A stretch of DNA of 64,000 bases, from positions 19,924-83,923 of the forward strand of contig JAJFLQ010000107.1 of assembly GCA_021772615.1 (NCBI GenBank), given 5' to 3'. The translations under genes were made by a program, and so were the position numbers. This document shows positions 27,800-36,877 of the stretch, in pieces. Below the pieces are notes generated by a model. The model was not told where the DNA came from, did not search any database, and saw only the letters and a program-made list of their open reading frames with translations. How positions within the stretch are numbered: position 1 is the first letter of the stretch; each line of letters opens with the position of its first letter. The DNA comes from Verrucomicrobiota bacterium. GTDB lineage: Bacteria > Verrucomicrobiota > Lentisphaeria > JABSQK01 > JAJFLO01.

Positions 27800-29002
27800 A
27801 TGACTGTGCCACCGACAATTAATATTGCGACGTCACTGGACGAAAATTACGCGATCGGCTCGCTCGTGATGATCAAGTCGCTATTGGTAAATCTGGATCG
27901 TTCGACAAAGATCAACCTTTTCCTGTTCGAAGACAACCTGGATGAGGAAACGAAACTATTTCTCGAACGAACGTGGACAGACCGCAGCATTTGTATTACA
28001 TGGCTATGCCCGCAAACTGAAGGGCGGCTCGACAATGTCCGGATGGGCGGCTATGCGGGAGTGCAGGCAACGTATTACCGTTTGTTCATCGGCGACCTGT
28101 TGCCCGCAAATGTCAACAGGGTCATTTACCTCGACGCGGATTTGGTGATCGATCACGATATCAGCGAATTATGGCGATTGGATGTATCCGATTGCGTGTT
28201 GCGGGCGGTGCAGGACGGGATTACGCCTTATGCGCAATGTGCTCTGCCGCACATGCCCGACGACGTCGATGCCACCGCACTGATTCCATATTTCAATGCC
28301 GGGTTGATGCTGATCAACCTGGAAAACTGGCGCAGAGAAAATATTGGAGACCGTGCGCTGGCGGCCGCCAGAACCTATCAACGCGCGTTTCGATACTGGG
28401 ACCAGGATGCACTGAATTACTGCCTGATCGGCCGCTGGGAAAACCTTTCACCCTGTTGGAATCGGGCAACGCTATGGGACGCGGTGCCGGATGATTCGTA
28501 CTTTCCGTATAGCGCCGAACAATTGGTGGCAGCCAGAAAATCACCGCGGGTAATCCATTGTCTCTGCTACCCGAAACACTGGCACTTTCCAGGGAGTACA
28601 CAGGCGGAGTCACGCTTCTTCCACTATCTTGACATGACCGCGTTACATGGCTGGCGGCCGCGGGCAACCCGGTTCGAACATATGGTCGAAACCCTGGCGC
28701 GACGACATCGTACCTGCGTACAGCTTCTATCGATGGTGCGAAAGGCGGCCAAGGCTCACCGAGCACCAGCACGGTATGTGCCGTACGTATTTTGTCAGTT
28801 CTTCCGTTACCCCTGGACGATTCTCTCCGTGCCGCTACACATTCTTCTGTCACCGATGCATTATCGCGGACGGCGCGTTACCGAATCGATTTTCGGACGG
28901 CTTCGAAAACAGGCTCCGCGCATCGCCGATATCGCGCGCAAGTTCCGTGATGAGAACGCGGTATCGTCCAAGCACCGTTGCATGGCGGCCAACTCACCCT
29001 GA
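27800..29002 (+). CDS. glycosyltransferase family 8
   Basis: GT8 motifs: DENYAIGSLV, DxD (YLDADLVI), FNAGLMLINL. The ATG at 27800 is preferred; an alternative GTG lies at 27731. Confidence 0.85.
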   Translation: MTVPPTINIATSLDENYAIGSLVMIKSLLVNLDRSTKINLFLFEDNLDEETKLFLERTWTDRSICITWLCPQTEGRLDNVRMGGYAGVQATYYRLFIGDLLPANVNRVIYLDADLVIDHDISELWRLDVSDCVLRAVQDGITPYAQCALPHMPDDVDATALIPYFNAGLMLINLENWRRENIGDRALAAARTYQRAFRYWDQDALNYCLIGRWENLSPCWNRATLWDAVPDDSYFPYSAEQLVAARKSPRVIHCLCYPKHWHFPGSTQAESRFFHYLDMTALHGWRPRATRFEHMVETLARRHRTCVQLLSMVRKAAKAHRAPARYVPYVFCQFFRYPWTILSVPLHILLSPMHYRGRRVTESIFGRLRKQAPRIADIARKFRDENAVSSKHRCMAANSP

Positions 29003-29122
29003 TAGCGGCCAAAAGAAAGCGCCAGATCCATCGCGCGCTACTATTATTCACCACATATTTTTTCACGCCGCGGGCATGTGATCGAAAATTGCGACACGTC
29101 ACCGTGTAATCAATCCGCCCGT

Positions 29123-30028
29123 TTACGTGCCGCCTTCGCCCTGCAACGCCTTGCTTTCGGTGATGAAAGCATCCCAACTCTGATGCCGCTCGTCAGGGTC
29201 TTTGGCCAGGATTTTGTCGACCAACGCTGAACATCCCTTTGAGACGTCGGCGTTCTTCTCGATTACGGGAACGGGTGTTTCGGTAACATGTTTCTGCATC
29301 AACAACATCAACGACTGATTCACAAACGGCAATTCTCCGGTCAACGCCTGGTACATCACGATTCCGAGAGAATAAAGGTCACTGCGAAAATCCTGATTGT
29401 CTGCTTTAATCTGCTCGGGGCTCATGTACTCCGGGTTACCGATTGTAAGGCCGGCGCCGGTCAGACTCAAATCGCCCCCCCCCTCGTCCATTTCCTTGGC
29501 AATCCCCAGCCCCGACAATTTTGCGGAACCGGAATGGGTGACAAAGATATTCTGGGGCCGCAAATCACGGTGAAGCAGCCGGCGTTCCGACCAGAGATAC
29601 TGAAGGACTTCGGCGACGTCGACAGCGATTGAGAGGGCATAATCTTCGACCAGACGTGTCTCGCGCTTTAGCAGATCGATCAGCCACAGGCCGTCTTCGT
29701 AATCCGTTACGATAAAGTATTTATCGTCAATTTTTCCGGAATCAATCGAGGATATAAGATTCCGATGGCGCAGTGAACCGAGCAATTCGACCGCCTGCTT
29801 GAAGCGAATCACGGACTCTTCGTTTGCGGCTACGGAGCCGGTGAGTATTTCGATGCGAACAAGTACCTGACGCGGTATGCAGTAAGCCAGATAGATGTCG
29901 CCGAGGTGGCTTTCGCCGATCTTGTCACCGAGTTTGTAGTCGGCGCCGAAAGACGGACGATCGCGGTAAGTCGTCCACAGCGACTGTGACGCACCAAATT
30001 TATGGAAGAGATTCCTGAGAAAACTCAT
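29123..30028 (-). CDS. Ser/Thr kinase-like protein with degenerate catalytic motifs (predicted pseudokinase or atypical kinase)
   Basis: Kinase fold markers are retained (HRDLRPQN, GNPEYMSPEQ). The Gly-loop reads IGESHLGD, VAIK is replaced by VRIE, and DFG by GLG. Confidence 0.85.
   Translation of the reverse strand: MSFLRNLFHKFGASQSLWTTYRDRPSFGADYKLGDKIGESHLGDIYLAYCIPRQVLVRIEILTGSVAANEESVIRFKQAVELLGSLRHRNLISSIDSGKIDDKYFIVTDYEDGLWLIDLLKRETRLVEDYALSIAVDVAEVLQYLWSERRLLHRDLRPQNIFVTHSGSAKLSGLGIAKEMDEGGGDLSLTGAGLTIGNPEYMSPEQIKADNQDFRSDLYSLGIVMYQALTGELPFVNQSLMLLMQKHVTETPVPVIEKNADVSKGCSALVDKILAKDPDERHQSWDAFITESKALQGEGGT
29475..29483. repeat. G9 homopolymer (coding strand) inside the kinase-like CDS
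   Basis: C9 on the plus strand, read directly. It encodes the GGG of DEGGGD in the activation-segment region. Confidence 0.95.
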
Positions 30029-30168
30029 CGGCGACAGTGTGTACGACAGAAGATGTCAATAAGAGGAGAATAGCGGGGGGTTACCCGGCTGGGCCGACTC
30101 CAACGTTGAGGTGCGCGAAAGACTCTTCCATAATTGTAGATTGGCGAATTGACGACGGGCCGGCGCCG

Positions 30169-31278
30169 TCATCCGCTGCCCTTGATCACCAGCAGAATAA
30201 TGATAACGAACACCACAACCGCAACGGCAATACCGATCATAGCGCCAGGAGACTTGGAAACGCCGGCGCCGGAAGCCCCGCTACCCGAGTTGTCGGAAGG
30301 CGTTGCCGCAGACTTGCCGCCGGTTGCGAGAACATTCTTGGCCTCATCAATAAGTTCCTGCCAACTCTGATACCGGTCCTCCGGGTTCTTGGCAAGCATC
30401 TTATCGATCAGCGCGGAGCAACCGTCGGAGATAGCGGAGTTTCGTTCCTTTACAGGTACAGGGATCTCGTCCATGTGCTTCTGCATCAACAAGATCGGAG
30501 CGTCCTCAACAAACGGCAGTTCTCCCACCAACGCTTCATACATTACGACCCCGAGAGCATACAGGTCGCTGCGGAAATCAAGATCCTCCGAGGCGCGAAT
30601 CTGCTCCGGGCTCATGTATTCGGGTGTACCGATAGTGAACCCTACGCCAGTGAGTCCAAGTGACTGGCCCTCCGATGATTTGGCAATCCCGAAACCTGTG
30701 AGTTTGGCCACATTATTCTTGGTGATGAAGATATTCTGCGGCTTCAGATCGCGATGAAGAAGTTTTCTTTCGTTCCAGGTATAGTGCAGGACTTCGGCGA
30801 TGGTAATTAAGTATTGAAGCGCGTCTTTCTCGCCGACCGTCTGTTGATTCTGCAACGTTTCCTGAAGACTTGAACCGGTTTCGTACGCGGTGACCAGAAA
30901 ATAGGTATCGCTGTCCTGCCCCGCCTCAATTGCAGAAAGAAGGTTGTCGTGCTTGAGAGAACTCATCAGCTCGATTTCCTGGAGGAACCGGGTAACCGAT
31001 TCTTCATCGGACGTTACGGACCCTGACAAAATCTCGATGCGTACCATCTGGCCTGTATCTTCCTTATTCGCAACGAAGATATCGCCAAGGTGGCTTTCAC
31101 CGATCTTACGATCCAACTTATAGCCGTTCCCGATTATGACGCCCGGACAGATTCCCAAATCATCCGGCAACGCCGTCTCTTTGCCGCATGACGGGCATGT
31201 AGCCGACTTTTGCCTCAGTCCCTTTAATTCAACCTGAATCACATTGCTGCAATCCGGACAGGTATACGGAACAATCAT
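30169..31278 (-). CDS. zinc-ribbon / kinase-like / C-terminal TM protein, paralogue of the 29123-30028 gene
   Basis: N-terminal CxxC...CxxC ribbon (CPDCS...CPSCG). It carries the same degenerate motifs (IGESHLGD, VRIEIL, GFG) with HRDLKPQN retained. C-terminal TM anchor. GGAGGA RBS lies 9 nt upstream. Confidence 0.85.
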   Translation of the reverse strand: MIVPYTCPDCSNVIQVELKGLRQKSATCPSCGKETALPDDLGICPGVIIGNGYKLDRKIGESHLGDIFVANKEDTGQMVRIEILSGSVTSDEESVTRFLQEIELMSSLKHDNLLSAIEAGQDSDTYFLVTAYETGSSLQETLQNQQTVGEKDALQYLITIAEVLHYTWNERKLLHRDLKPQNIFITKNNVAKLTGFGIAKSSEGQSLGLTGVGFTIGTPEYMSPEQIRASEDLDFRSDLYALGVVMYEALVGELPFVEDAPILLMQKHMDEIPVPVKERNSAISDGCSALIDKMLAKNPEDRYQSWQELIDEAKNVLATGGKSAATPSDNSGSGASGAGVSKSPGAMIGIAVAVVVFVIIILLVIKGSG

Positions 31279-31378
31279 AATCTAAATCCTCCGGAGTTGT
31301 ACTCTGAATCCGCCGGGCTCACGCCCGTAACTCTAACAGCGGAAATATGTAGTAACGAAAAAGAGATATCAAATTACT

Positions 31379-32926
31379 TTACCCCTTTTTCGTTCTTTTT
31401 TTTAATGCCCGGTCGCCCCCGACATCAGGTATGATATCGTTCGCGGCATTCAGGCGCTCAGCAAGAAGAACAATGGTCTTTCCCAGCCACGGCGGCAACT
31501 TGGTAAGATGCTGGGTGAATAAATCCTGGGTCAGCACAAGTACCTCGGTTTCTTCCGTGGCCGTCACCGTGGCCGACCGCGTTTCTGACGTTATAAGCGA
31601 CATCTCGCCAACAATGTCACCGGCCTCTAATGTACAAATTGTGACGGACTGGCCGTCACGCTTCTTATCAACACGCACTTTACCGCGCACGATGATGTAG
31701 GATTCGCATCCGATTTCACCTTCCCGTATCAACACATCACCGGCACTGAAATATCGATGGCAAAAGTTGACATCGCCACGAAGGAAATCGTCGATATCCG
31801 CGATCAATTCATCGACGTCCTGATACCGGTCGACCTTGGACTCGGCCAATGCCTTCATGATGATGCGCAACAAATCTTCGGGGATACGCCACCGGCCGGT
31901 ATCCAACTCGTCAGGAGGCACCAACCGATGGCCGCGTGCCAGACCGACGATCTCGTTAATGTCGTCACCAATATACGGAGGATAGAAAGAGAAGATGCTG
32001 TACAGTGTCGCGCCAAGAAGAAAGATATCGCTGCGCTCGTCGAGTTCGGCAACATCGCCAAGGGCCTGTTCGGGCGACATGTAGGCAGGTGACCCCTTAA
32101 CCACCCCGATCTCGGTAGTCAACCAGTCGTAATCACGATGGTCTCCGGAACAGGGATCACCGCCTCTGCCAAGTTCCTCATCAAGCCGTTTCGCCAGCCC
32201 CCAGTCCATCAACAACACCTCTCCGTACTCACCGACCATAATGTTGTGGGGCTTGATATCGCGATGTAGAATTTGCTTTGAATGCGCAAAAGCGACGGCG
32301 TCGCATACCTTGCGAAAGATGCCCAGCAATACGAACATGTCGTAGCGTTCAAGATACTGGGGATCACCCAGTTCAAGCTTCTGCAATATGACGTTCAGCG
32401 GTTCCCCGCTCATGAGCTTCATGGTAAAAAAAATCCCGTGTTCAGGGAAGAATCCAAGATCATGCACGGGAATTATGTTGGGATGTTCGAGCTGTCCGGT
32501 AATCTTCGCTTCCTTGATAAAGCTGTCGATCGCACGGAGGTCATGCTTCAATTCCGGCAAGATCACCTTCATGGCAGAGTGACGGTTGAAATCTTTGTCA
32601 TAAACGTAGTAGACCGCGCCCATTCCGCCGGCCGTGAGTCGCTTTTCGATTGTGTACTTGCCCTCGGTGATCTCACGCTCGATAGTCTGTTTGAATCGCG
32701 CCTCCTCCTCCCTGAGATCAGACACACCAGACGTGCTCGTGTTGTCGCGACGACTTGATAATGCGGCGGAGATCACCGAGCTGCGCTTTAGCACCTGCGA
32801 ACGCGATATGATCACAGAGTCCGCGCCAGTGGTTCGCTTTTGCTCAATCTCCGTCTTTCTCGATTTGCGTTTCGACGCCATGATTTTTCGGGATTTCAGT
32901 GCCGGTAACCAATAAATTTCTTGCAA
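31379..32926 (-). CDS. Ser/Thr protein kinase fused to a cyclic nucleotide-binding domain
   Basis: Canonical kinase motifs: GGMGAVY, AMKVI, HRDIKPHN, DWG, SPAYMSPEQ. C-terminal cNMP-binding pattern: GDVLIREGE...GDIVGEMSLI...RSATVTA. Confidence 0.9.
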   Translation of the reverse strand: MQEIYWLPALKSRKIMASKRKSRKTEIEQKRTTGADSVIISRSQVLKRSSVISAALSSRRDNTSTSGVSDLREEEARFKQTIEREITEGKYTIEKRLTAGGMGAVYYVYDKDFNRHSAMKVILPELKHDLRAIDSFIKEAKITGQLEHPNIIPVHDLGFFPEHGIFFTMKLMSGEPLNVILQKLELGDPQYLERYDMFVLLGIFRKVCDAVAFAHSKQILHRDIKPHNIMVGEYGEVLLMDWGLAKRLDEELGRGGDPCSGDHRDYDWLTTEIGVVKGSPAYMSPEQALGDVAELDERSDIFLLGATLYSIFSFYPPYIGDDINEIVGLARGHRLVPPDELDTGRWRIPEDLLRIIMKALAESKVDRYQDVDELIADIDDFLRGDVNFCHRYFSAGDVLIREGEIGCESYIIVRGKVRVDKKRDGQSVTICTLEAGDIVGEMSLITSETRSATVTATEETEVLVLTQDLFTQHLTKLPPWLGKTIVLLAERLNAANDIIPDVGGDRALKKRTKKG

Positions 32927-33296
32927 CCTACGGAATTAATGCGGATAGTATTGTGATAGGGCCATGCCACATTATAGTCTACCCGTCAGTCACCAAACAT
33001 AGCCAGAGTCAGCGCCGCCCGATGGCAAATTCGCGACGGGCAAATAATCCGGCGTGATCTGCGTGAGTAAACTAACAGCAACGGCGCCAAAATCAATTCA
33101 GACTTCTGCGGCAGCGGCAGACAGTGGATTGGTGAATACGGGCTCCAGGTGGCACAACAACACGTCTAAACGCGCATGCTGGATTCCAGAATCATGAATA
33201 AGAATACGCCGCATTGGCGGATATCCGTCCTGGACCACTGCTACGGCCCATATGTAGCGGTGCCGACGACTCCGGACGGAGACACGTGGAGATCCA

Positions 33297-36200
33297 ATGT
33301 CATCATTTGACTTGCAGCCCGGACAAACGGTTAGCCACTTTCGGATGGAAAAAAAGCTTGGCGAAGGTGGAATGGGAGCCGTGTACCTGGCCGAGGACCT
33401 GACGCTGTCGCGACGTGTCGCAATAAAATTCATGAGTCGCAGCCTGCTGGTGCAGCAGGGGAACAAGTCGGTCCGGGAAGGACTGGAAAAGCGTTTCATC
33501 CGCGAGGCCAAAAGTGCCGCCGCTATCAACCATCCCAATCTGGCACAAATCTATGAAGCCAATTTCGAATCCGAGGACTGGTATATCGCCATGGAGTTCA
33601 TTGATGGTGATTCCCTCTATGACCTGATTACGGACGGCAAAACATACACGATCGAGGAGATAATAAATATCTGCCGGCAGACCGTGAGCGGCCTTGATTT
33701 CGCATGGGAAAATTACAAGATCGTGCACCGCGACATCAAGCCGCACAACATTATGCTCACCAAGACCAATCTGGTGAAAATCGTTGACCTCGGCCTGGCG
33801 AAACCACTGGAGAGTGAACTGACGGACTTCGAGATGCCCGACCTTACGGGTGCCGGCACACCGATAGGTACACCGCAATACATGGCGCCGGAACAGGCAA
33901 CCGGTCAGAAAGACATCAATTTCCTTGTCGATATTTTCGCGCTCGGCGCCACACTGTACGAGGTCTGCTGCGGCAAAAAGGCGTTCTCAGGCAATACCGC
34001 ACCGATGATCTACATGAGCCAGGTGCAGAAAAAGTACAAGCCATTGCGTGAATTGCGCGAGGACACGCCGGATTTTCTGGTTGATCTTGTCGACCGCATG
34101 CTCGAGCCGAAACCGGAAAACCGAATTGGCTCATATTCCGAAATCCTTGACGTACTCAGCTCGGCATCGTACAGCGCCGGTAGCGCTGACTTAACCGGCG
34201 CCATGACCGGGGCAACATCGGCCTCGGCGCCCTCTCCCACAATCGCCGGCCATATGTCGGCAAAGACGATTGGTATGGATCAGTTTACGGTCTACCACGC
34301 GACCGACAAGCTGATCAGAGATCGCTATCGCATCCTCAAACCCATCGGCAAGAGCCGCGCGGGCATGGTGTATCATTGCATGGATACCAAGCTTAGCGTC
34401 GAATGTATTGTAAAAAGCCTGTTCCCTGGTCGCGAGTATTCCGAGAACGAAATGCCGCGCATTAAGGAAAATTTCCAGAGACTGATGGGGTTTTCACATC
34501 CCAATCTCGTGCAAATCAGGGATCTTCAGGAAGACGAAGAAACCGGCGAGTTTTTCGTGGTCATGGAGTTGCTGGACGGCCACAATCTGCGCGACTACAC
34601 GCATCGCCTGAAAAATGAGCTGGACACCATAGATATCAAGTCGATTCTTCCGATCCTGCACCTCATCGCCAAGGCACTCGACAATGTCAGCAAGACCGTC
34701 GGCGTGATCCACCATGATCTGTTGCCCGAAGATATTTACCTCTTGCAAAACGATTCCAAGATAAAGTTTCTGGACTACGGCATCACCGGGCCGGCGCCGG
34801 ACCACACAATCAACGCCGATCCTGCGGAATACTACAAGTATCCCATGGCGTCGCCGGATTATATGTCACCGGAGTTGTGGCAGCATAAATCCGGCAGCCG
34901 CCAGTCGGATCAGTACTCCCTGGCAGTCATTATCTATGAAGTACTGGCGGACAGGCTGCCGTTCTGGTTGAAAGATCCAATGCCTGAAGACACAGACGCT
35001 AAAGGTAAGAGCGATATTCCGCTGGTGGAAAAACAGCTGAAATTTCTGTATGAACGCGTTCAGAGCGAGCCACCGAAACCGTTGCCGTTCCTGAAAAAAC
35101 ACGAGAACGCGGTGCTGCTCAAAGCGTTGGCGAAAGATCCACATGAGCGTTATTCAAGCTGCGAGGCGTTCATCACCGCGATGGAAAAGAAAGGTGGCCT
35201 GCCCATTGGTGCTGTTGCGGCGCTTTCCGGAATGGCCCTGGTGGTCGCGGTCGGCGCATTGATCTTCATGAAGCCTGCACCGGAGGAGCCCCCCGCGGCA
35301 GCCGCGGCCATACCGCATTCTCCTGCACCGGCACAACCGAAAGCCGTTTCGCCGGCGCCGCAGACACCCGCGCCGGCGGCTGTTAAGACGCAAGTCGCAC
35401 CGCCTCCCAAAACGCCCGAACCACCGCCCGAGCCGATTCAGACCGCAGCGGTTACGCCGTCCCCGGCCCAGGAATCCGCGACCGCCGCGCAACAGGAAAA
35501 GATCGCCGCCCAGGCCAAAACCGTGGCGGAGTTGAAGCGTGCGTACGCGGCACTCCGCGAGTTGTTACAGGCAGACCCGGTCTCGGCCGAAAGCATTCCG
35601 GATGCAGATGCGATTCTTGCCGAGGCCGATAAGCTGGCAGCAAAAAGCGACTTTGTTCCGGCGATCAAACAGTACAAGGAAGCAATCGCGACGGGGAACA
35701 ATATCATCAAGCGGACGAAGGAACTCAAGGTAAAACAACAACTGGATCAAATGAAGGAGGCGACGACCCTGCAGCGCACACTCACGGAACAACGCGATGC
35801 ATTGTTGAAAAACGAAGAGGTTGCGGCCAGAATGGAACCCATTAATACCCTGGCCGCGGAAGCCGACGCCTTGCTGGAAGAAGAAAACTTTACGGAAGCG
35901 ATTCGACGATATCGCACCGCGATTGATCGTGCACACGACATCTCAAACGAATTTAATCGTGAAATGCGAGAAACAGCGGAGGAATTGAAGCCGAAAGTCA
36001 CCGAGGCACGGAACCAGCTGAACCGCTATCGCGGCTTGTCTCCCGAGATCTCCGAAAATATCGTCAAGGTCGATGTCACCATGTCGCTGGCACGCGAATC
36101 AATAAATCGCGAGGAATTCTCATTCGCCGTAGAGCAGTACAATAAGGCGCTGGAGGAATGCAAAGCGATCCTGACGATGGCTGAAAACAAATTCCAGGCC

Positions 36201-36866
36201 AAATCGGGAGCGGACTTTACAGACCCGAAGACAGGTATGGCATTTGTCTGGATCGAGTCCATGAAGATGTGGGTCGCCAAATACGAAGTCACCAACGCAG
36301 AGTATCGTAATTTCAAACCGACCCACGACAGCAAGAAGGCTATGGGCTTCTCACTCAATCGGGATCGGCAACCGGTCCTTGAGGTATCGTATTACGACGC
36401 AGTGGGGTTTTGCCAGTGGCTGAATGCCGTATCGCTGCCCGACGTAAAGGCACCGGAGGGCTACTCCTATCGCCTGCCGTCGCGCGAGGAGTGGGAAACG
36501 ATCGCTCGCTGCGGTGAAGAACGTCTGTATCCATGGGGCAACAGCTGGCCGCCGCCATACGGTAATTTCGGCAACCAGGAGATGTTCCCCAGCAACTGGC
36601 AGCTGGACGGTTACGCAGACGAGCACACGGTGACCTGTGAGGTGACGGAGAGCGGCGCCAACGAATGGGGGTTATTCGGCGTGGCCGGCAACGCCTGGGA
36701 ATGGACAACCGACCTGAAAGACGGAAAGCGAGCTGTCCTTGGTGGCGATTGGACAAGCGTCACGCGAAGCACGCTGATCATTACGCTGGAAAGTGCATAC
36801 GCACCGATGGACGAACCATTTGATAATATCGGCATACGTTTAGTCTTGGCGCCGGAAGAAAAGTAA
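33297..36866 (+). CDS. tandem-kinase-domain membrane protein with C-terminal FGE-sulfatase (SUMF1-like) domain
   Basis: Domain 1 is canonical (GEGGMGAVY, VAIK, HRDIKPHN, DLG). Domain 2 (aa ~343-628) is degenerate (HHDLLPED, DYG). These are followed by a TM, a Pro-rich segment, coiled coils, and an FGE pattern (YEVTNAEYRNF, YRLPSREEWE, NAWEWT). Confidence 0.9.
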   Translation: MSSFDLQPGQTVSHFRMEKKLGEGGMGAVYLAEDLTLSRRVAIKFMSRSLLVQQGNKSVREGLEKRFIREAKSAAAINHPNLAQIYEANFESEDWYIAMEFIDGDSLYDLITDGKTYTIEEIINICRQTVSGLDFAWENYKIVHRDIKPHNIMLTKTNLVKIVDLGLAKPLESELTDFEMPDLTGAGTPIGTPQYMAPEQATGQKDINFLVDIFALGATLYEVCCGKKAFSGNTAPMIYMSQVQKKYKPLRELREDTPDFLVDLVDRMLEPKPENRIGSYSEILDVLSSASYSAGSADLTGAMTGATSASAPSPTIAGHMSAKTIGMDQFTVYHATDKLIRDRYRILKPIGKSRAGMVYHCMDTKLSVECIVKSLFPGREYSENEMPRIKENFQRLMGFSHPNLVQIRDLQEDEETGEFFVVMELLDGHNLRDYTHRLKNELDTIDIKSILPILHLIAKALDNVSKTVGVIHHDLLPEDIYLLQNDSKIKFLDYGITGPAPDHTINADPAEYYKYPMASPDYMSPELWQHKSGSRQSDQYSLAVIIYEVLADRLPFWLKDPMPEDTDAKGKSDIPLVEKQLKFLYERVQSEPPKPLPFLKKHENAVLLKALAKDPHERYSSCEAFITAMEKKGGLPIGAVAALSGMALVVAVGALIFMKPAPEEPPAAAAAIPHSPAPAQPKAVSPAPQTPAPAAVKTQVAPPPKTPEPPPEPIQTAAVTPSPAQESATAAQQEKIAAQAKTVAELKRAYAALRELLQADPVSAESIPDADAILAEADKLAAKSDFVPAIKQYKEAIATGNNIIKRTKELKVKQQLDQMKEATTLQRTLTEQRDALLKNEEVAARMEPINTLAAEADALLEEENFTEAIRRYRTAIDRAHDISNEFNREMRETAEELKPKVTEARNQLNRYRGLSPEISENIVKVDVTMSLARESINREEFSFAVEQYNKALEECKAILTMAENKFQAKSGADFTDPKTGMAFVWIESMKMWVAKYEVTNAEYRNFKPTHDSKKAMGFSLNRDRQPVLEVSYYDAVGFCQWLNAVSLPDVKAPEGYSYRLPSREEWETIARCGEERLYPWGNSWPPPYGNFGNQEMFPSNWQLDGYADEHTVTCEVTESGANEWGLFGVAGNAWEWTTDLKDGKRAVLGGDWTSVTRSTLIITLESAYAPMDEPFDNIGIRLVLAPEEK

Positions 36867-36877
36867 CCCCGAGTACC

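Noticed and set aside
33098-33538. A 146-aa minus-strand ORF across the kinase upstream region and start.
   Set aside because: It overlaps the canonical N-terminal kinase domain on the plus strand. It is probably a spurious frame.
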